64,000 bases of DNA from an uncultured Acidobacteriota bacterium (GCA_963825175.1 CAWGSA010000001.1:1116706-1180705); one strand, 5' to 3'. Shown: positions 46,596 through 57,466, counted from the first letter of the stretch. The notes: a model not told the origin generated them from the sequence alone. Numbers and translations are program-made.

Positions 46596-49091
46596 GTGGA
46601 ACGCACGACCGCTCCGCCTGCGCCATTCCGTGCCGCCGCCCGCGTCGGGCTCTCCGAGCGCTTCGCGGCCTTCGTCGCGGAACGGCAGCCGTTCGCGCTG
46701 CGCCCGGCCCTGTCCGCCTTCCACGCGGTCTGCGACCGCGACCCCGGAAGAAACCCCGCGATGATCGAGGCCCTCCGCCCGGCCTTCGCGGTGGCCCTGC
46801 GCCGGGAGCTCGCCGGCGCCCCGCCGGAGGGTCTGCCCGAAACGACCCCCGGCGTCTCGGTGGAGGAACGGCTCGTTCTGGCCAAGGCCGATCTCGCGCA
46901 AGCCTGCGACGGCTTTCTCCGGCGGGAGGCGATCGCGGCGTCCCTCACGGAGCAAGAGCGCGTGGAGATCCTGAAGGGAATGCTCCTGACCCGCGCCACC
47001 GACAACCGGCTGAAGGCGTTCTTCACCGGCAACGAGGTGCGGTTCCGCGGAGTCTCTTTCCAGGGCAAGGGGTTCCGCTCGCTTGGACAGGAAGCCATCT
47101 ATGCCGCGCCCCTGCGGTTGAAACGCGGCGCGCGGCACCGGGGCGAGGACGGCACGTGGCAGGGCGACGTGGTCGCTCCCCTGATCCGAGACCTCGGCGC
47201 GGCGCTGGCCATGCGCCCGGAGCCCGAGGCCGTGCGCATGGTCTTGAACGCCCAGATGGGGAAGGCCGGTCCTCCCATGGACGGCAAGGACCTGCACGTG
47301 GGCGACTTCGCCTGGGGAGTCCTGCCCGCGGCCGCGCCGCTGGCCATCTCTTCGCTCGCCGCCGCGGGAATGGCCATGGCCTTCGCGCAGCAGGCCTCCG
47401 GCCGCGTGGCGGTCTCGTTCATCGGCGAAGGCGGCACGTCGCTCGGCGAATGGCACGAGGCCATCAACCTCTGCGCGGCACGCCGGCTCCCCGCGATCTT
47501 CTGCGTCCAGAACAACCAGACCGCTCTCTCGACGCCCGTGGCGGACCAGTCCGCGGCGCGGGTCTTCGCGGAGAAGGCCGCCGGATACGGCGTGCCCGGC
47601 GTGACGCTCGACGGCACGGATCCCGACGCCATCGCCGCGGCCTTCGCCTGGGCCGCCGAGCGCGCGCGCGCCGGCCTGGGGCCCGCTCTGATCGAGCTCG
47701 TCTGCATGCGGATGTGCGGCCATGCCCACCACGACGACATGCTCTACGCCGGCAAGGAGCCTCCGATCTCCTGGGACTATCCGCGCCTCTCCGAGGGCGG
47801 CTATGCCGACGCCGATCTGTACGCCTTCTGGTCGCGCCGGGACCCGATCAAGACGTATGCGGCCCGGCTGGCCGCGGAAGACGTGATCGATCTCGAGGAC
47901 CTGGCGCTCTGGAAGAGCGAGGCGCAGGCCCTGGTCGACCGCGAGGCGCGCGCCGTGATCGATGCCCCCTGGCCCGATCCTCTGCGGGCCGGTGAGAACG
48001 TCTTCGCCGCCGAGCCCCGGCGCATCCGCGTCGAGCTCCTGGAGCGGCAGCGCCGCGGCCGGCTGCCCGAGACCCTGCCTCCGATCGAGGCCGGACCCGC
48101 CTTCGACGCGAAAGGCAAGACCTTCCTGGAGGCCGTGGCCATGGGACTCGCCGACGCGCTCGCGGCCGATCCGCGGGTCTTCGTCTACGGCGAGGACGTC
48201 GGCGGCAAGTACGGAAACGCGTTTCTTCTGCTGCGGCCGCTGCTGCCGAAGTTCGGCGATCGTATCGTGAACTCGCCGCTCGCCGAAGGGGCGGTGCTCG
48301 GCGTCTGTGTGGGCGCGGCGCTCGCGGGCCAGCGCCCGATCGGCGAGATGCAATTCAACGATTTCGTCGCGACCGGGTTCAACCAGCTCGTCAACAGCGC
48401 GGCCAAGATCCGCTACCGCTGGGGAGGAGAGGTTCCCATGGTCGTGCGAATGCCGTGGGGCGGCCTGCGGCACGCCGGGCCGTACCACAGCCAGAACACG
48501 GAGCCCTGGTTCTACCGGACGCCGGGAATCAAGATCGTCGTCCCGTCCACGCCGCACGACGCGCGCGCGCTCCTGGCCTCGGCCGTGTCCGATCCCGATC
48601 CGGTTCTGTACTACGAACACATCGCGCTGTACCGCGACCCGCGCATCAAGCAGAGGCTGCCCGACGAGAGACCCGCTCCCATCCCCCTGGGGAAGGCCGC
48701 CCTGCGCCGAGCCGGCCACAATGTAGGTATTGTGTCCTACGGCGCCTACGTCCACGTGGCGATGCGCGTGGCGGAGAAGCTGGCCCGCGACGGCATCGAA
48801 GCGGCGGTGCTCGACTTGAGAAGCCTCGTCCCGCTCGACCGCGAGGCTCTGCTGGCCGTGGCCCGCCATTGCAACCGCGTGCTCATCGTGCACGAGGACA
48901 CGCGCACCGGCGGCATCGGCGAGAGCCTCGCCGCGATCCTGCAGGAAGAGGCGTTCGAGTACCTGGACGCTCCGGTGCGGATCATCGGGGCCCTCGACAC
49001 GCCCGTCCCGTACTCGCCGCCGCTGGAGGAGGCGTTTCTCCCGTCGGAAGAGGCGATCGAGCGCGCCGCGCGGCTGCTCGCCGGCTATTGA
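46596..49091 (+). CDS. 2-oxo acid dehydrogenase E1 component, fused alpha-beta subunits (TPP-dependent)
   Basis: Alpha TPP motif GEGGTSLGEWHEAINLCAARRLPAIFCVQNNQTA. Beta region GEDVG...GG..NSPLAE...GAA. Start uncertain: GTG 46596 or ATG 46761. The track ORF N-terminus runs through a repeat element. Confidence 0.8.
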   Translation: MERTTAPPAPFRAAARVGLSERFAAFVAERQPFALRPALSAFHAVCDRDPGRNPAMIEALRPAFAVALRRELAGAPPEGLPETTPGVSVEERLVLAKADLAQACDGFLRREAIAASLTEQERVEILKGMLLTRATDNRLKAFFTGNEVRFRGVSFQGKGFRSLGQEAIYAAPLRLKRGARHRGEDGTWQGDVVAPLIRDLGAALAMRPEPEAVRMVLNAQMGKAGPPMDGKDLHVGDFAWGVLPAAAPLAISSLAAAGMAMAFAQQASGRVAVSFIGEGGTSLGEWHEAINLCAARRLPAIFCVQNNQTALSTPVADQSAARVFAEKAAGYGVPGVTLDGTDPDAIAAAFAWAAERARAGLGPALIELVCMRMCGHAHHDDMLYAGKEPPISWDYPRLSEGGYADADLYAFWSRRDPIKTYAARLAAEDVIDLEDLALWKSEAQALVDREARAVIDAPWPDPLRAGENVFAAEPRRIRVELLERQRRGRLPETLPPIEAGPAFDAKGKTFLEAVAMGLADALAADPRVFVYGEDVGGKYGNAFLLLRPLLPKFGDRIVNSPLAEGAVLGVCVGAALAGQRPIGEMQFNDFVATGFNQLVNSAAKIRYRWGGEVPMVVRMPWGGLRHAGPYHSQNTEPWFYRTPGIKIVVPSTPHDARALLASAVSDPDPVLYYEHIALYRDPRIKQRLPDERPAPIPLGKAALRRAGHNVGIVSYGAYVHVAMRVAEKLARDGIEAAVLDLRSLVPLDREALLAVARHCNRVLIVHEDTRTGGIGESLAAILQEEAFEYLDAPVRIIGALDTPVPYSPPLEEAFLPSEEAIERAARLLAGY

Positions 49092-49111
49092 CGCTTGCGG
49101 AGCATCGGCCG

Positions 49112-49786
49112 GTGCCGGTCACTGCCGCGCTTCTGATCCTTCTCCACGCCGGTCCCGCTCCGACGCCTCCGCCGCGGCCCACGGGACCGCTCGCGGTCAC
49201 CGCCGACTTCCCTTCGGAGGACACCGGCACGATGCACTTTGCCTCGCGCCTGACGATCCGGTGGGGCGACGCCGAGCCGCTCACGCTCGGGGCCGACGCC
49301 GGCGACGCCGAGGAGGACGCCGCGGCGACGATCATGGTCCCCGGCCCGAGCTTCCAGCTCTCGCAGGATCGCGCGCTCCTCCTGGGCTGGTCCTCGACCG
49401 GCGCGGGAATGCAGGAGATGCAGGCCCTTCTCATCGAGCGCACGGGCTCGAAGCTTTCGATCGTCGACCGGCTCGACCTGCAGTCGGACAGACCCTCCTC
49501 GGCGCTCCTCGTCCGGCAGGACCCCGGCGGTCTTCGGATCGGGATCTTCCGGCCGGAGAAGATCGTCTTCGACGAGGACGGCTGGTTTCTCAGCTGCGGA
49601 GGCGCCTCTCTGGACATGGCCGCGCTCCGGCGCCTGCCTTACGACCCGCGCGGCCGGTCGTCGAGCGATTTCCTCTACGAATCCATGAGCCCGCCCAGTC
49701 CCATGCCGCGCGACGTGGCCTGGATCGAGATCGGTCCCCGCGGCTTTCGGCTTCCAGCGGCCGTGAAAAAGTCCAGGCGCCACTGA
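49112..49786 (+). CDS. hypothetical protein
   Basis: ORF downstream of the E1 gene. GTG start guessed. No motif. Confidence 0.3.
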   Translation: MPVTAALLILLHAGPAPTPPPRPTGPLAVTADFPSEDTGTMHFASRLTIRWGDAEPLTLGADAGDAEEDAAATIMVPGPSFQLSQDRALLLGWSSTGAGMQEMQALLIERTGSKLSIVDRLDLQSDRPSSALLVRQDPGGLRIGIFRPEKIVFDEDGWFLSCGGASLDMAALRRLPYDPRGRSSSDFLYESMSPPSPMPRDVAWIEIGPRGFRLPAAVKKSRRH

Positions 49787-49820
49787 GGGCAGCGGAGGCG
49801 GCGCGGCCTTCGACGCCGCC

Positions 49821-50960
49821 TTGCCCCCGGCCAATGCCAGAATACGCCGCGTGGAGACTTCGCTCCGCCGCATCCTCCACGTCGACATGGACGCGTTTTA
49901 CGCCTCGGTCGAGCAGCGCGATGATCCCGCGCTCCGAGGCCGGCCGGTCGCCGTCGGCGGCAGCCCCGAGACCCGCGGCGTCGTCGCGGCGTCGAGCTAC
50001 GAGGCCCGAACCTACGGCGTGCGCTCGGCCTTGCCCATGGCGCGCGCGGTTCGCCTGTGCCCGGATCTGGTGATCGTCCGGCCGAACTTCGAGAAATACG
50101 CCGCGGTATCGCGCCAGGTGTTCGCGCTGTTTCGAGAGGTCACGCCGCTGGTGGAGCCGCTCTCGCTCGATGAGGCCTACCTCGACGTCACGCAGAACTC
50201 CTGGGGCCTGGCTCTCGGCGTCGCGGTCGCCCGACGGTTGAAGTCCCGCATCCTCGAGGAGACGCGCTTGACCGCTTCGGCCGGCGTCGCCCCCAACAAG
50301 TTTCTGGCCAAGATCGCCTCGGGCTGGAGGAAGCCCGACGGCCTGACCGTGATCGCGCCGGAGCGCATGGAGCAATTTCTCCACCGGCTGCCCGTCGACG
50401 CGCTGTGGGGCGTCGGCCCCAAGACGGCGGCGCGTCTGCGCGCGGCCGGTTTCGAGCGGCTGGTGGACGTCCGCAACGCGGACCTCGAGGTCCTGCGGCG
50501 CGTCGTCGGCAGCTGGGCCGAAGGGCTGCAGCGGATGGCCTTCGGGGAGGACCTGCGGCCGGTCGATCCGCACCGGGAGCGCAAATCGATCGGGTGCGAG
50601 GAGACTTACGCCAAGGACCTGGCGGACCTTTCGACGATCCGCGACGAAGTCGAGGCCCTGGCCAGGCACTCCGCGGAGATCCTGGCGCGCAAGAAGATGA
50701 CCGCGCGCACGGTCACGTTGAAGGTGCGCTACGCGAACTTTCAGACCGTCACGCGCAGCGAGACCCGCGACCCCGCGACCTGTTCGGCCGAGGAGATCGC
50801 CGCGCGCGCGGCCGCTTTGCTCCAGAAGACGCAGGCCGGTCCGCGAGCGGTGCGCCTTCTCGGCGTGTCCGTCCACGGCCTGCAGGACGCCGACGCGCCG
50901 GCTGGCGCCGAGCCTTCGACGGAGCTTCCCTTTTCCGCGGACCGGCCGGACGCCGGCTAG
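49821..50960 (+). CDS. dinB: DNA polymerase IV
   Basis: ILHVDMDAFYASVE, SIDEAYLDVT and the little-finger region. Confidence 0.85.
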   Translation: MPPANARIRRVETSLRRILHVDMDAFYASVEQRDDPALRGRPVAVGGSPETRGVVAASSYEARTYGVRSALPMARAVRLCPDLVIVRPNFEKYAAVSRQVFALFREVTPLVEPLSLDEAYLDVTQNSWGLALGVAVARRLKSRILEETRLTASAGVAPNKFLAKIASGWRKPDGLTVIAPERMEQFLHRLPVDALWGVGPKTAARLRAAGFERLVDVRNADLEVLRRVVGSWAEGLQRMAFGEDLRPVDPHRERKSIGCEETYAKDLADLSTIRDEVEALARHSAEILARKKMTARTVTLKVRYANFQTVTRSETRDPATCSAEEIAARAAALLQKTQAGPRAVRLLGVSVHGLQDADAPAGAEPSTELPFSADRPDAG

Positions 50961-51012
50961 AAGAGACGGCGGAGCCGATTCCCCGTGGAAGCGCGCCGCA
51001 TCGAAGGACCCG

Positions 51013-52356
51013 TCACTCCAGCCGCAGCGCCCGGTCCAGGTGCTCGATCAGAACGTCCGAGCCCTCCAGACCGACGGAGAGCCGCACCAGGCCGGGAGTG
51101 ATTCCCCGGGCGATCCGGTCGGCCTCGGGAACGCCGGCGTGGGTCATGGAGTACGGGTGCTGGATGTAGGAGATCGCGGAGCCCAGGCTGACCGCGAGCT
51201 CCATCGGCGTGTCGGGGCGCGCGAAGTAGTTCATGAGCCGCTCGCCGGCCGCCGCGCCTCCTTCGACCTCGAAACTGATGAGCGCGCCCCCGTTGCGCAT
51301 CTGCCTCTTGGCGATGTCGGCCTGAGGGGAGTCGGCGAACCCGGGGTAGAAGACGCGGGAGACGTGCGGATGCGTCCGCAGGAACCGGGCGATGGCCTCC
51401 GCGCTCGCGCACTGAGCGGCTTCGCGCACGGCCAGGCTCTGGATCGTCATCCCGTTCAGCCAGGAATCAAACGGCGAGGGCGTCGGCCCCAGATCCCGGT
51501 ACCATGGGAAGACGTTCTCCCGCATCGCGCGGAAGGGGCCCAGCACGGCGCCGGCCATGGACGTCGAGTGCCCGTTGACGAACTTCGTCAAGGAGTGGAC
51601 CACGAAATCCGCTCCCAGCCGGAAAGGCTGCTGGACGTAGGGCGAGCAGAACGTGTTGTCCACGACGAGAAGGGCGCCTCGTTTCTCGGCGGCCCTCGAA
51701 ATCTTCTCGATGTCCGAGAGTCTCAGCGTCGGGTTGTCGGGGGACTCCAGGAACACGACGCGGATCCGCGGGTGCGCCTCCAGGGCCGCCTCGACCTCGT
51801 CGATCTGCCCGGTGTCGCAGAAGACGGTCTCCACCCCGAACTTCGACAGGCCGCGCAGGAGGCTGTCGGTCGAGCCGTAGACGCTCCCGGCCAGGACGCC
51901 GTCGCCCGAGCGAAGGAGAGAGAGAAGAAGCGTCGAGATCGCGCCCATCCCCGAGCCGAAGATGAGCGCGCCGATCGTCGGCTCCCGCTCGTCCACCGCC
52001 AGAGCCTTTTCCACGACGTGATGGGCCTCCAGCTGCAGCAGGACCTTTTCCAGGTACGCGGTGGTCGGGTTCCCCAGGCGCGTGTAGACGCGCACGTAGG
52101 GACGCTCTCCCTCGATCGACTTGCCGAGAAAGCGCTCCGCGCCGTCCTGCACGCTCCCGAAGGCGAAGTTGGATCGCTGCTGGATGGCCGGGAGCCCCGT
52201 GCCCACGGCCAGCGCTCGAAAAACGCTCTCCTCCAGCTGAGGTCGGGCGTCGCGGACCCAGCGGGTCTTGCGGTCGATCCACCAATCCCACCAGGGCCAT
52301 CGGGAAGCGCCGACCGGGGCGGGCACCAGGAGGCGGTCCGTTGCAAGGGTTGTCAT
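51013..52356 (-). CDS. Cys/Met metabolism PLP-dependent enzyme (cystathionine gamma-synthase / methionine gamma-lyase family)
   Basis: SLTKFVNGHSTSMAGAV (PLP lysine region). ATG complement at 52354-52356 (MTTLATD). Confidence 0.8.
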   Translation of the reverse strand: MTTLATDRLLVPAPVGASRWPWWDWWIDRKTRWVRDARPQLEESVFRALAVGTGLPAIQQRSNFAFGSVQDGAERFLGKSIEGERPYVRVYTRLGNPTTAYLEKVLLQLEAHHVVEKALAVDEREPTIGALIFGSGMGAISTLLLSLLRSGDGVLAGSVYGSTDSLLRGLSKFGVETVFCDTGQIDEVEAALEAHPRIRVVFLESPDNPTLRLSDIEKISRAAEKRGALLVVDNTFCSPYVQQPFRLGADFVVHSLTKFVNGHSTSMAGAVLGPFRAMRENVFPWYRDLGPTPSPFDSWLNGMTIQSLAVREAAQCASAEAIARFLRTHPHVSRVFYPGFADSPQADIAKRQMRNGGALISFEVEGGAAAGERLMNYFARPDTPMELAVSLGSAISYIQHPYSMTHAGVPEADRIARGITPGLVRLSVGLEGSDVLIEHLDRALRLE

Positions 52357-52411
52357 GCCTGTTCTGTACCGCCCCGCCGAGCCGCGGCACAGATCCATTT
52401 GCATCAGAGAA

Positions 52412-53521
52412 CTAGAGGCCCATGCCCGCCACGATGTCTCGCGCCGCTCGGGGCCGTGCTGCCTTTCGCGCCGCACGGCGCATGCGCTCGCGTCGGACGC
52501 GATCCCCGAGGAGCTCTCCGACTTTGTAGGCCAGCGACGCCGTCCCGATGGCCTTGACGCCGGCGCCGGCCTCCAGGAGGAAATCGGCGTTGCGTTCCTC
52601 CTGTCCGGGAATCGGATTGAAGACCACCAGCGGCAGCCCCATGGCCAGACACTCGGACGTCGTGAGCCCTCCGGACTTGCCCACGGCAAGGTCCGCCGCG
52701 GCCATGACCGAGGCGACGTCCTCGACGAAGCCGAAGGTGCGCAGGGACGAGCCGCGGGGCGGACGCATCGCGCCAAGCCGGCGGCGGAGCTTCTCGTTGC
52801 GGCCGGCCACCGCGAGAATCTGGACCGGAGAGCAGTGGAGGACCGTGCGCACGGCGTCCGCGAACGCTCCGACGCCCGCTCCGCCGCTCAGGATCAGGAC
52901 GACGGGCGAATCGCTTCGGAGCCCGAGCCGGCGGCGGGCGTCGGCCCGATCGTGCCGCTGCCCGAACGGGGCCGCGATCGGAATGCCGGTCACCGCGATC
53001 CTGTGCCGTTCGATACCGCGTCCGGCGAGCACCGCGGCCACCTCCTCGGTTGCAACGAAGAAACGGTCCGCCGTCGGCTGCACCCAGAACGCGTGCGCGT
53101 CGAAGTCCGTCACGGCCAAGCCCAGGGGAAAACGGTCGCGGCCCCGCTTGCGGTACGGCGCGAAGACCTGGCAAGCCAGGAAGTGGGTCGCGAGCACCAT
53201 GTCGGGCCGGAAGGAGCGCACGAAGCGCCGGAAGGACGCGAACTCCACGCGGTCGAACAGCCGGACGAATGCGGAGGCGGACGCCGGGCGCGCGCCGCGG
53301 TCGCTCGTCCGGTAGAGGTATCCCCACAGCTCCGGCACGCGGTGCACCATCTGCAGATAGCCATCCGCGTAGGCCCGGCGATAGAGCGGCGTGGTGAATT
53401 GCAGAATGTCGGCGTGTTCGACCACGACGCCTCTGCGGCGCCGGGCCGCCTCCGCCAGCGCCTGCGCCGCCCGGGTGTGCCCGGCGCCCGCCGACACCGA
53501 CAACACCAGGAGCCTTTTCAA
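52412..53521 (-). CDS. MGDG synthase-like / MurG-like glycosyltransferase (GT28)
   Basis: LVLSVSAGAGHTRAAQALAEA N-terminus and the C-terminal region ...VGKSGGLTTSECLAMGLPLVV. TTG start overlaps the upstream stop. Confidence 0.65.
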   Translation of the reverse strand: MKRLLVLSVSAGAGHTRAAQALAEAARRRRGVVVEHADILQFTTPLYRRAYADGYLQMVHRVPELWGYLYRTSDRGARPASASAFVRLFDRVEFASFRRFVRSFRPDMVLATHFLACQVFAPYRKRGRDRFPLGLAVTDFDAHAFWVQPTADRFFVATEEVAAVLAGRGIERHRIAVTGIPIAAPFGQRHDRADARRRLGLRSDSPVVLILSGGAGVGAFADAVRTVLHCSPVQILAVAGRNEKLRRRLGAMRPPRGSSLRTFGFVEDVASVMAAADLAVGKSGGLTTSECLAMGLPLVVFNPIPGQEERNADFLLEAGAGVKAIGTASLAYKVGELLGDRVRRERMRRAARKAARPRAARDIVAGMGL

Positions 53522-54288
53522 CGCCGCGACTGCTCCACCAGCAGGAGGGCAGCGACCAGGATGCCGATGACGATGACGGCCGCGCGCGCCTTCTGCCGGC
53601 CGATGCGCCGCGCGAACCGGGCCCCGGCGTAGCCTCCGGCGATCGCCCCGATCACCATGATGAGCGCGGCCGACCAGTGGACGGCGCCGCGGACGATGAA
53701 ATAGGCGGCCGCGACGCCGTTGATGCACATCCCGAAAAAATTCTTGATGCCATTGGCCGCGTGGATGTCGGACAGGCCCAGGAACCCGAGGACCGCCAGC
53801 ATCAGGATCCCGATCCCCGCACCGAAATAGCCGCCATAGACGCTCACGCCGAACTGAAAGAGCCACGAGACGAGGAGCCGTCCGGGCGAGCGGCCGGCGT
53901 GGTGGGCCGCGCCGGTCCAGCGGGCCACCGCCCCCTGGAGCATGAAGAGACACGTGGCGAAAAGGATCAGGAACGGCGCCAGCCGGGCGAAGGCCTTGAC
54001 CGGAGTCATCAGCAGAAGCACCGCGCCGAGCGCGCCGCCGAGGAGGCTCGGGATGAGGAGCGTCCGGAGCCACTCCTTGTGCTCGGCCACTTCGCGCCGG
54101 TACCCGTACATCGAGGAAAGCGCCCCCGGCCACAGTGCGACCGTGGAGGTCGCGTTGGCGGCGATGGCCGACTCTCCCAGCAGCAGCAGCGTGGGATAAG
54201 TCAGGATCGTGCCGCCTCCGGCCATGGCGTTCATGACGCCGGCGCCGAAGGAGGAAGCGACCAGGGCACCGATCTCTCCCGGCGTCAT
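53518..54288 (-). CDS. sulfite exporter TauE/SafE family protein
   Basis: 256 aa with 7-8 TM helices and GGG/GAG loops typical of TauE. Confidence 0.75.
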   Translation of the reverse strand: MTPGEIGALVASSFGAGVMNAMAGGGTILTYPTLLLLGESAIAANATSTVALWPGALSSMYGYRREVAEHKEWLRTLLIPSLLGGALGAVLLLMTPVKAFARLAPFLILFATCLFMLQGAVARWTGAAHHAGRSPGRLLVSWLFQFGVSVYGGYFGAGIGILMLAVLGFLGLSDIHAANGIKNFFGMCINGVAAAYFIVRGAVHWSAALIMVIGAIAGGYAGARFARRIGRQKARAAVIVIGILVAALLLVEQSRR

Positions 54289-54371
54289 GCGAGGCGGATT
54301 GTATGACCTGGGACGCGGGGATGAAGGACTCGGTCCTTAAGACCGAGGACCGCGGACGGAGGACCGGGGAC

Positions 54372-55031
54372 TCAACGGGCTTGCACGCGAAGCAGAAGCA
54401 TCTCCATGGCCTCGGCCAAGTCCCGCGCCAGGAAGTCCGGACCCGACGCGCGCAGGGCTTGCGCGTTGGGGAAGCCTCCCTCCAGGCCGACGACGTACAC
54501 CCCGGCCGCCCGCGACATGAGCACGTCTTCCGGGCTGTCGCCCACGTACGCGGCGGCGGAGGACTCGACAGAAAGACGCGCCAGCGCGAAGCGCAGCGGC
54601 TGGGGATCGGGTTTGCGCGTCTGGACGTCCTCGCAGCAGACAACCCGATCGAACTCTCCGGCGAGCGCGAGCGCGGTGAGCTCCCGCTCGACGCGTGGCC
54701 GGCTGCCGCTCGTCACCAGGGCGGTGGCGAGCCCCGCGGCCCGCAGCCGCGCCAGGGCTGCCGCCGCGCCCGGAAGCAGGCGCGCCTCTTCCGCGCCGTA
54801 GAGCGCGGTCCACCGTCTGTCGGCCTCGTCCCACCGATCGCGAGGGAGGCGAAGCGCCTCATAGGTCCGGTACCAGTCCGGCGAGTACGTGCGGGCGAAG
54901 AGCTCGCGGTCGAATGCGATCCCGTAGGCGGCAAAGAGGCGGACGTAGGACCGGTAGCTCGCCTCGGCCGAGTCGACCAGCGTGCCGTCCCAGTCGAAGA
55001 GCACGGCCTGCAGCGGGGTGCTTCGCCTCAC
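54372..55031 (-). CDS. HAD family hydrolase (phosphoglycolate phosphatase-like)
   Basis: AVLFDWDGTLVDS motif I, VTSGS motif II, VGDSPEDV motif IV. Confidence 0.8.
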   Translation of the reverse strand: MRRSTPLQAVLFDWDGTLVDSAEASYRSYVRLFAAYGIAFDRELFARTYSPDWYRTYEALRLPRDRWDEADRRWTALYGAEEARLLPGAAAALARLRAAGLATALVTSGSRPRVERELTALALAGEFDRVVCCEDVQTRKPDPQPLRFALARLSVESSAAAYVGDSPEDVLMSRAAGVYVVGLEGGFPNAQALRASGPDFLARDLAEAMEMLLLRVQAR

Positions 55032-55056
55032 GCCTTACGCTCGAGGCGCCGCTGCG

Positions 55057-56400
55057 TCAGCGCTTTTCGATCGGCACGAAATCGCGCTCCGCGGCGCCGA
55101 GGAACACCTGCCGCGGCCGGGCGATCTTTTGCTCCGGATCGGCCAGCATCTCCCCCCACTGGGCGATCCAGCCCGATGTGCGCGGAATGGCGAACAGGAC
55201 GGTGAAGGCCGCCGTCGGGATGCCGATGGCCTGATAGATCAGGCCGGAATAGAAGTCGACGTTGGGGTAGAGCTTGCGTTTGACGAAGTAGTCGTCCTGC
55301 AGGGCGATGCGCTCGAGCTCCAGCGCGATGTCGAGCAGCGGATTGCGCCCCGTCTCGGCGAACACTTCGTCGGCGATCTTCTTGATGATCTTGGCCCGCG
55401 GGTCGTAGTTCTTGTACACGCGGTGGCCGAAGCCCATCAGCCGCTTCTCGCTCTTCCCTTCCTTGACCTCCTTGATGAAGCCCGGCACCTGGGAGATGGA
55501 CCCGATCTCCTGGAGCATCTTCAGGACTTCCTCGTTGGCGCCGCCGTGCAGGGGTCCGTAGAGCGCCGCCGCCGCGCCGGCCACCGCGGAATACGGGTCG
55601 GTGTGGGAGGAGCCGATGCCCCGCATCGCGTGCGTGCCGCAGTTCTGCTCGTGGTCGGCATGGAGGATGAACAGCACGTCGAGCGCCTTGACCAGGACCG
55701 GATTGGGGCGCCAGCTCTTGGACGGAATGTGGAAGAGCATGTTCAGGAAGTTCTCGGCGTAGGACAGGTCGTTCTCTGGATAGACGTACGGCATGCCCAT
55801 GCTGTGGCGGTAGGCGAACGCCGCGAGCGTCGGCATCTTGGCGATGAGCCTCCAGGTCTGCTTCTGCCGCGACGCCGGGTCGTGGATGTTGCGGGCATCG
55901 GGATAGAACGTCGACATCGCCGCGACCGTCGCGATCAGGATCCCCATCGGATGGGCGTCGTGGTTGAAGCCGTCCATGAACTTCTTCAACGACTCCTGGA
56001 GCATGGTGTGGAAGGTGATGTGATGGACCCAGTCCTCGTACTGCGCCTTCGTCGGCAGCTCGCCGGTCAAGAGCAGGTACGCCACTTCGAGGTAGTTGGA
56101 CTTCTCGGCCAGCTGCTCGATGGGGTAACCGCGGTAACGCAGGATCCCCTTGTCGCCGTCGATGAAGGTGATCCGGCTCTTGCAGGAGGCGGTGTTCAGG
56201 AACGCCGGGTCGTAGGACATGAGCCCGAAGTCTTCCGGACCCGTCTTGATCTGGCGCAGATCGATGGCGCGGATCGTGCCGTCGGAGATGGGAATCTCGT
56301 AGGACTTGTCCGTTCGCCGGTCGATGACCGTGAGGACTTCTTTCTTTTCGGCAAGGGCCACACCGGTGGGGTCCTTCTTCTCGACTTCCGCGATTGGCAT
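55057..56400 (-). CDS. gltA: citrate synthase
   Basis: 447 aa. GPLHGGANE, MGFGHRVYK and NVDFYSG signatures. Confidence 0.9.
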   Translation of the reverse strand: MPIAEVEKKDPTGVALAEKKEVLTVIDRRTDKSYEIPISDGTIRAIDLRQIKTGPEDFGLMSYDPAFLNTASCKSRITFIDGDKGILRYRGYPIEQLAEKSNYLEVAYLLLTGELPTKAQYEDWVHHITFHTMLQESLKKFMDGFNHDAHPMGILIATVAAMSTFYPDARNIHDPASRQKQTWRLIAKMPTLAAFAYRHSMGMPYVYPENDLSYAENFLNMLFHIPSKSWRPNPVLVKALDVLFILHADHEQNCGTHAMRGIGSSHTDPYSAVAGAAAALYGPLHGGANEEVLKMLQEIGSISQVPGFIKEVKEGKSEKRLMGFGHRVYKNYDPRAKIIKKIADEVFAETGRNPLLDIALELERIALQDDYFVKRKLYPNVDFYSGLIYQAIGIPTAAFTVLFAIPRTSGWIAQWGEMLADPEQKIARPRQVFLGAAERDFVPIEKR

Positions 56401-56473
56401 CGGAGCCTCCTTCGGGCGTTGTCGCGAAGAAGGATTATACGAGCCGGTGTTTGGGCTCCCTGATCCGTTTTCA

Positions 56474-57460
56474 TCAGGGCCGGGACCCGACGCCGGCCGG
56501 CGCGCGAAATTCCCTGCGAATCGAGAGCAGAAAGACGAGAAGGGCGCACCACGCCGCGGCCATCAGGCCCAGAAAGACGGGACTGCCGAACAGGTCCATC
56601 TGACCCGCCATGCGGGCCTGCTCCGCCGGATAGCCCATCTGGGTGAGAAGGGCTTCCATGTCGATCTTACGGAACGTGAAGAAGTTCACCAATCCCAGAA
56701 CCTGCATGGCCATCAGCCCCCACCAGGCGGCCGGCTTCCGACGGTAGGCGGCGAAGGCGAGGAAGGCGCTGACGAGCCCCAGGGCGATACAAGCGGCCGC
56801 CGCGCTCGCGCCGGTCAGCACGATTCCGCCGACGGGAAGCGCCCGGATCGCCAGCGGCGCGATCCCACACATCACGGCGGCGGCGGCCAGGGCCAGGACG
56901 ACGCTCAGGATCGACACCGGCACGGCGTCGGTCCAATCGGAAGGGCTGGCGGCCTCGACCGTGCGCAGGACGTCCGGTTTTCGGTAGAAGAGCAGCAGGA
57001 GCAACGGAAGCACCACGAAGAACGAGAGCGCAAACGCGATCAGGAAAACAGCCATGCAGGCGAAGAGCCCCGGCGCAGACGAAGTCCCCGGAAGCATCGA
57101 GGCCATCCGTGGCAGGAGAACGGCCAGGCCAAGCGTGCTGACGGCTCCGCCCACGAGCCAGACCCAGGCCAGAGTGAGCGTGAGCGCGCGCGCCCATCGC
57201 CGGGCCCGAAGCGACCCCACTCCGAGCGTTCCCAGAACGGCCGCCAGACCCGCGTACATCAGGACGTCGAGGGCGACGCTCCTCGCCGGGAGCGGCGCGG
57301 CGGTCGGCAGCCCGCCGCGGGCGGCCAGGACCAGCAACGCCAGAAAAAGAAACGCGAACAGGAGGGCGAGGCCGCCGGCCGCGATGAGCACCCATCCCCA
57401 AACCCTGAGCCCCCGGCGGCGATCGCGAAAGGAAGGGACTGGGGCCCCGGTCGATTCCAT
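56474..57460 (-). CDS. hypothetical polytopic membrane protein
   Basis: 328-aa hydrophobic ORF. Confidence 0.45.
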   Translation of the reverse strand: MESTGAPVPSFRDRRRGLRVWGWVLIAAGGLALLFAFLFLALLVLAARGGLPTAAPLPARSVALDVLMYAGLAAVLGTLGVGSLRARRWARALTLTLAWVWLVGGAVSTLGLAVLLPRMASMLPGTSSAPGLFACMAVFLIAFALSFFVVLPLLLLLFYRKPDVLRTVEAASPSDWTDAVPVSILSVVLALAAAAVMCGIAPLAIRALPVGGIVLTGASAAAACIALGLVSAFLAFAAYRRKPAAWWGLMAMQVLGLVNFFTFRKIDMEALLTQMGYPAEQARMAGQMDLFGSPVFLGLMAAAWCALLVFLLSIRREFRAPAGVGSRP

Positions 57461-57466
57461 GGCGCC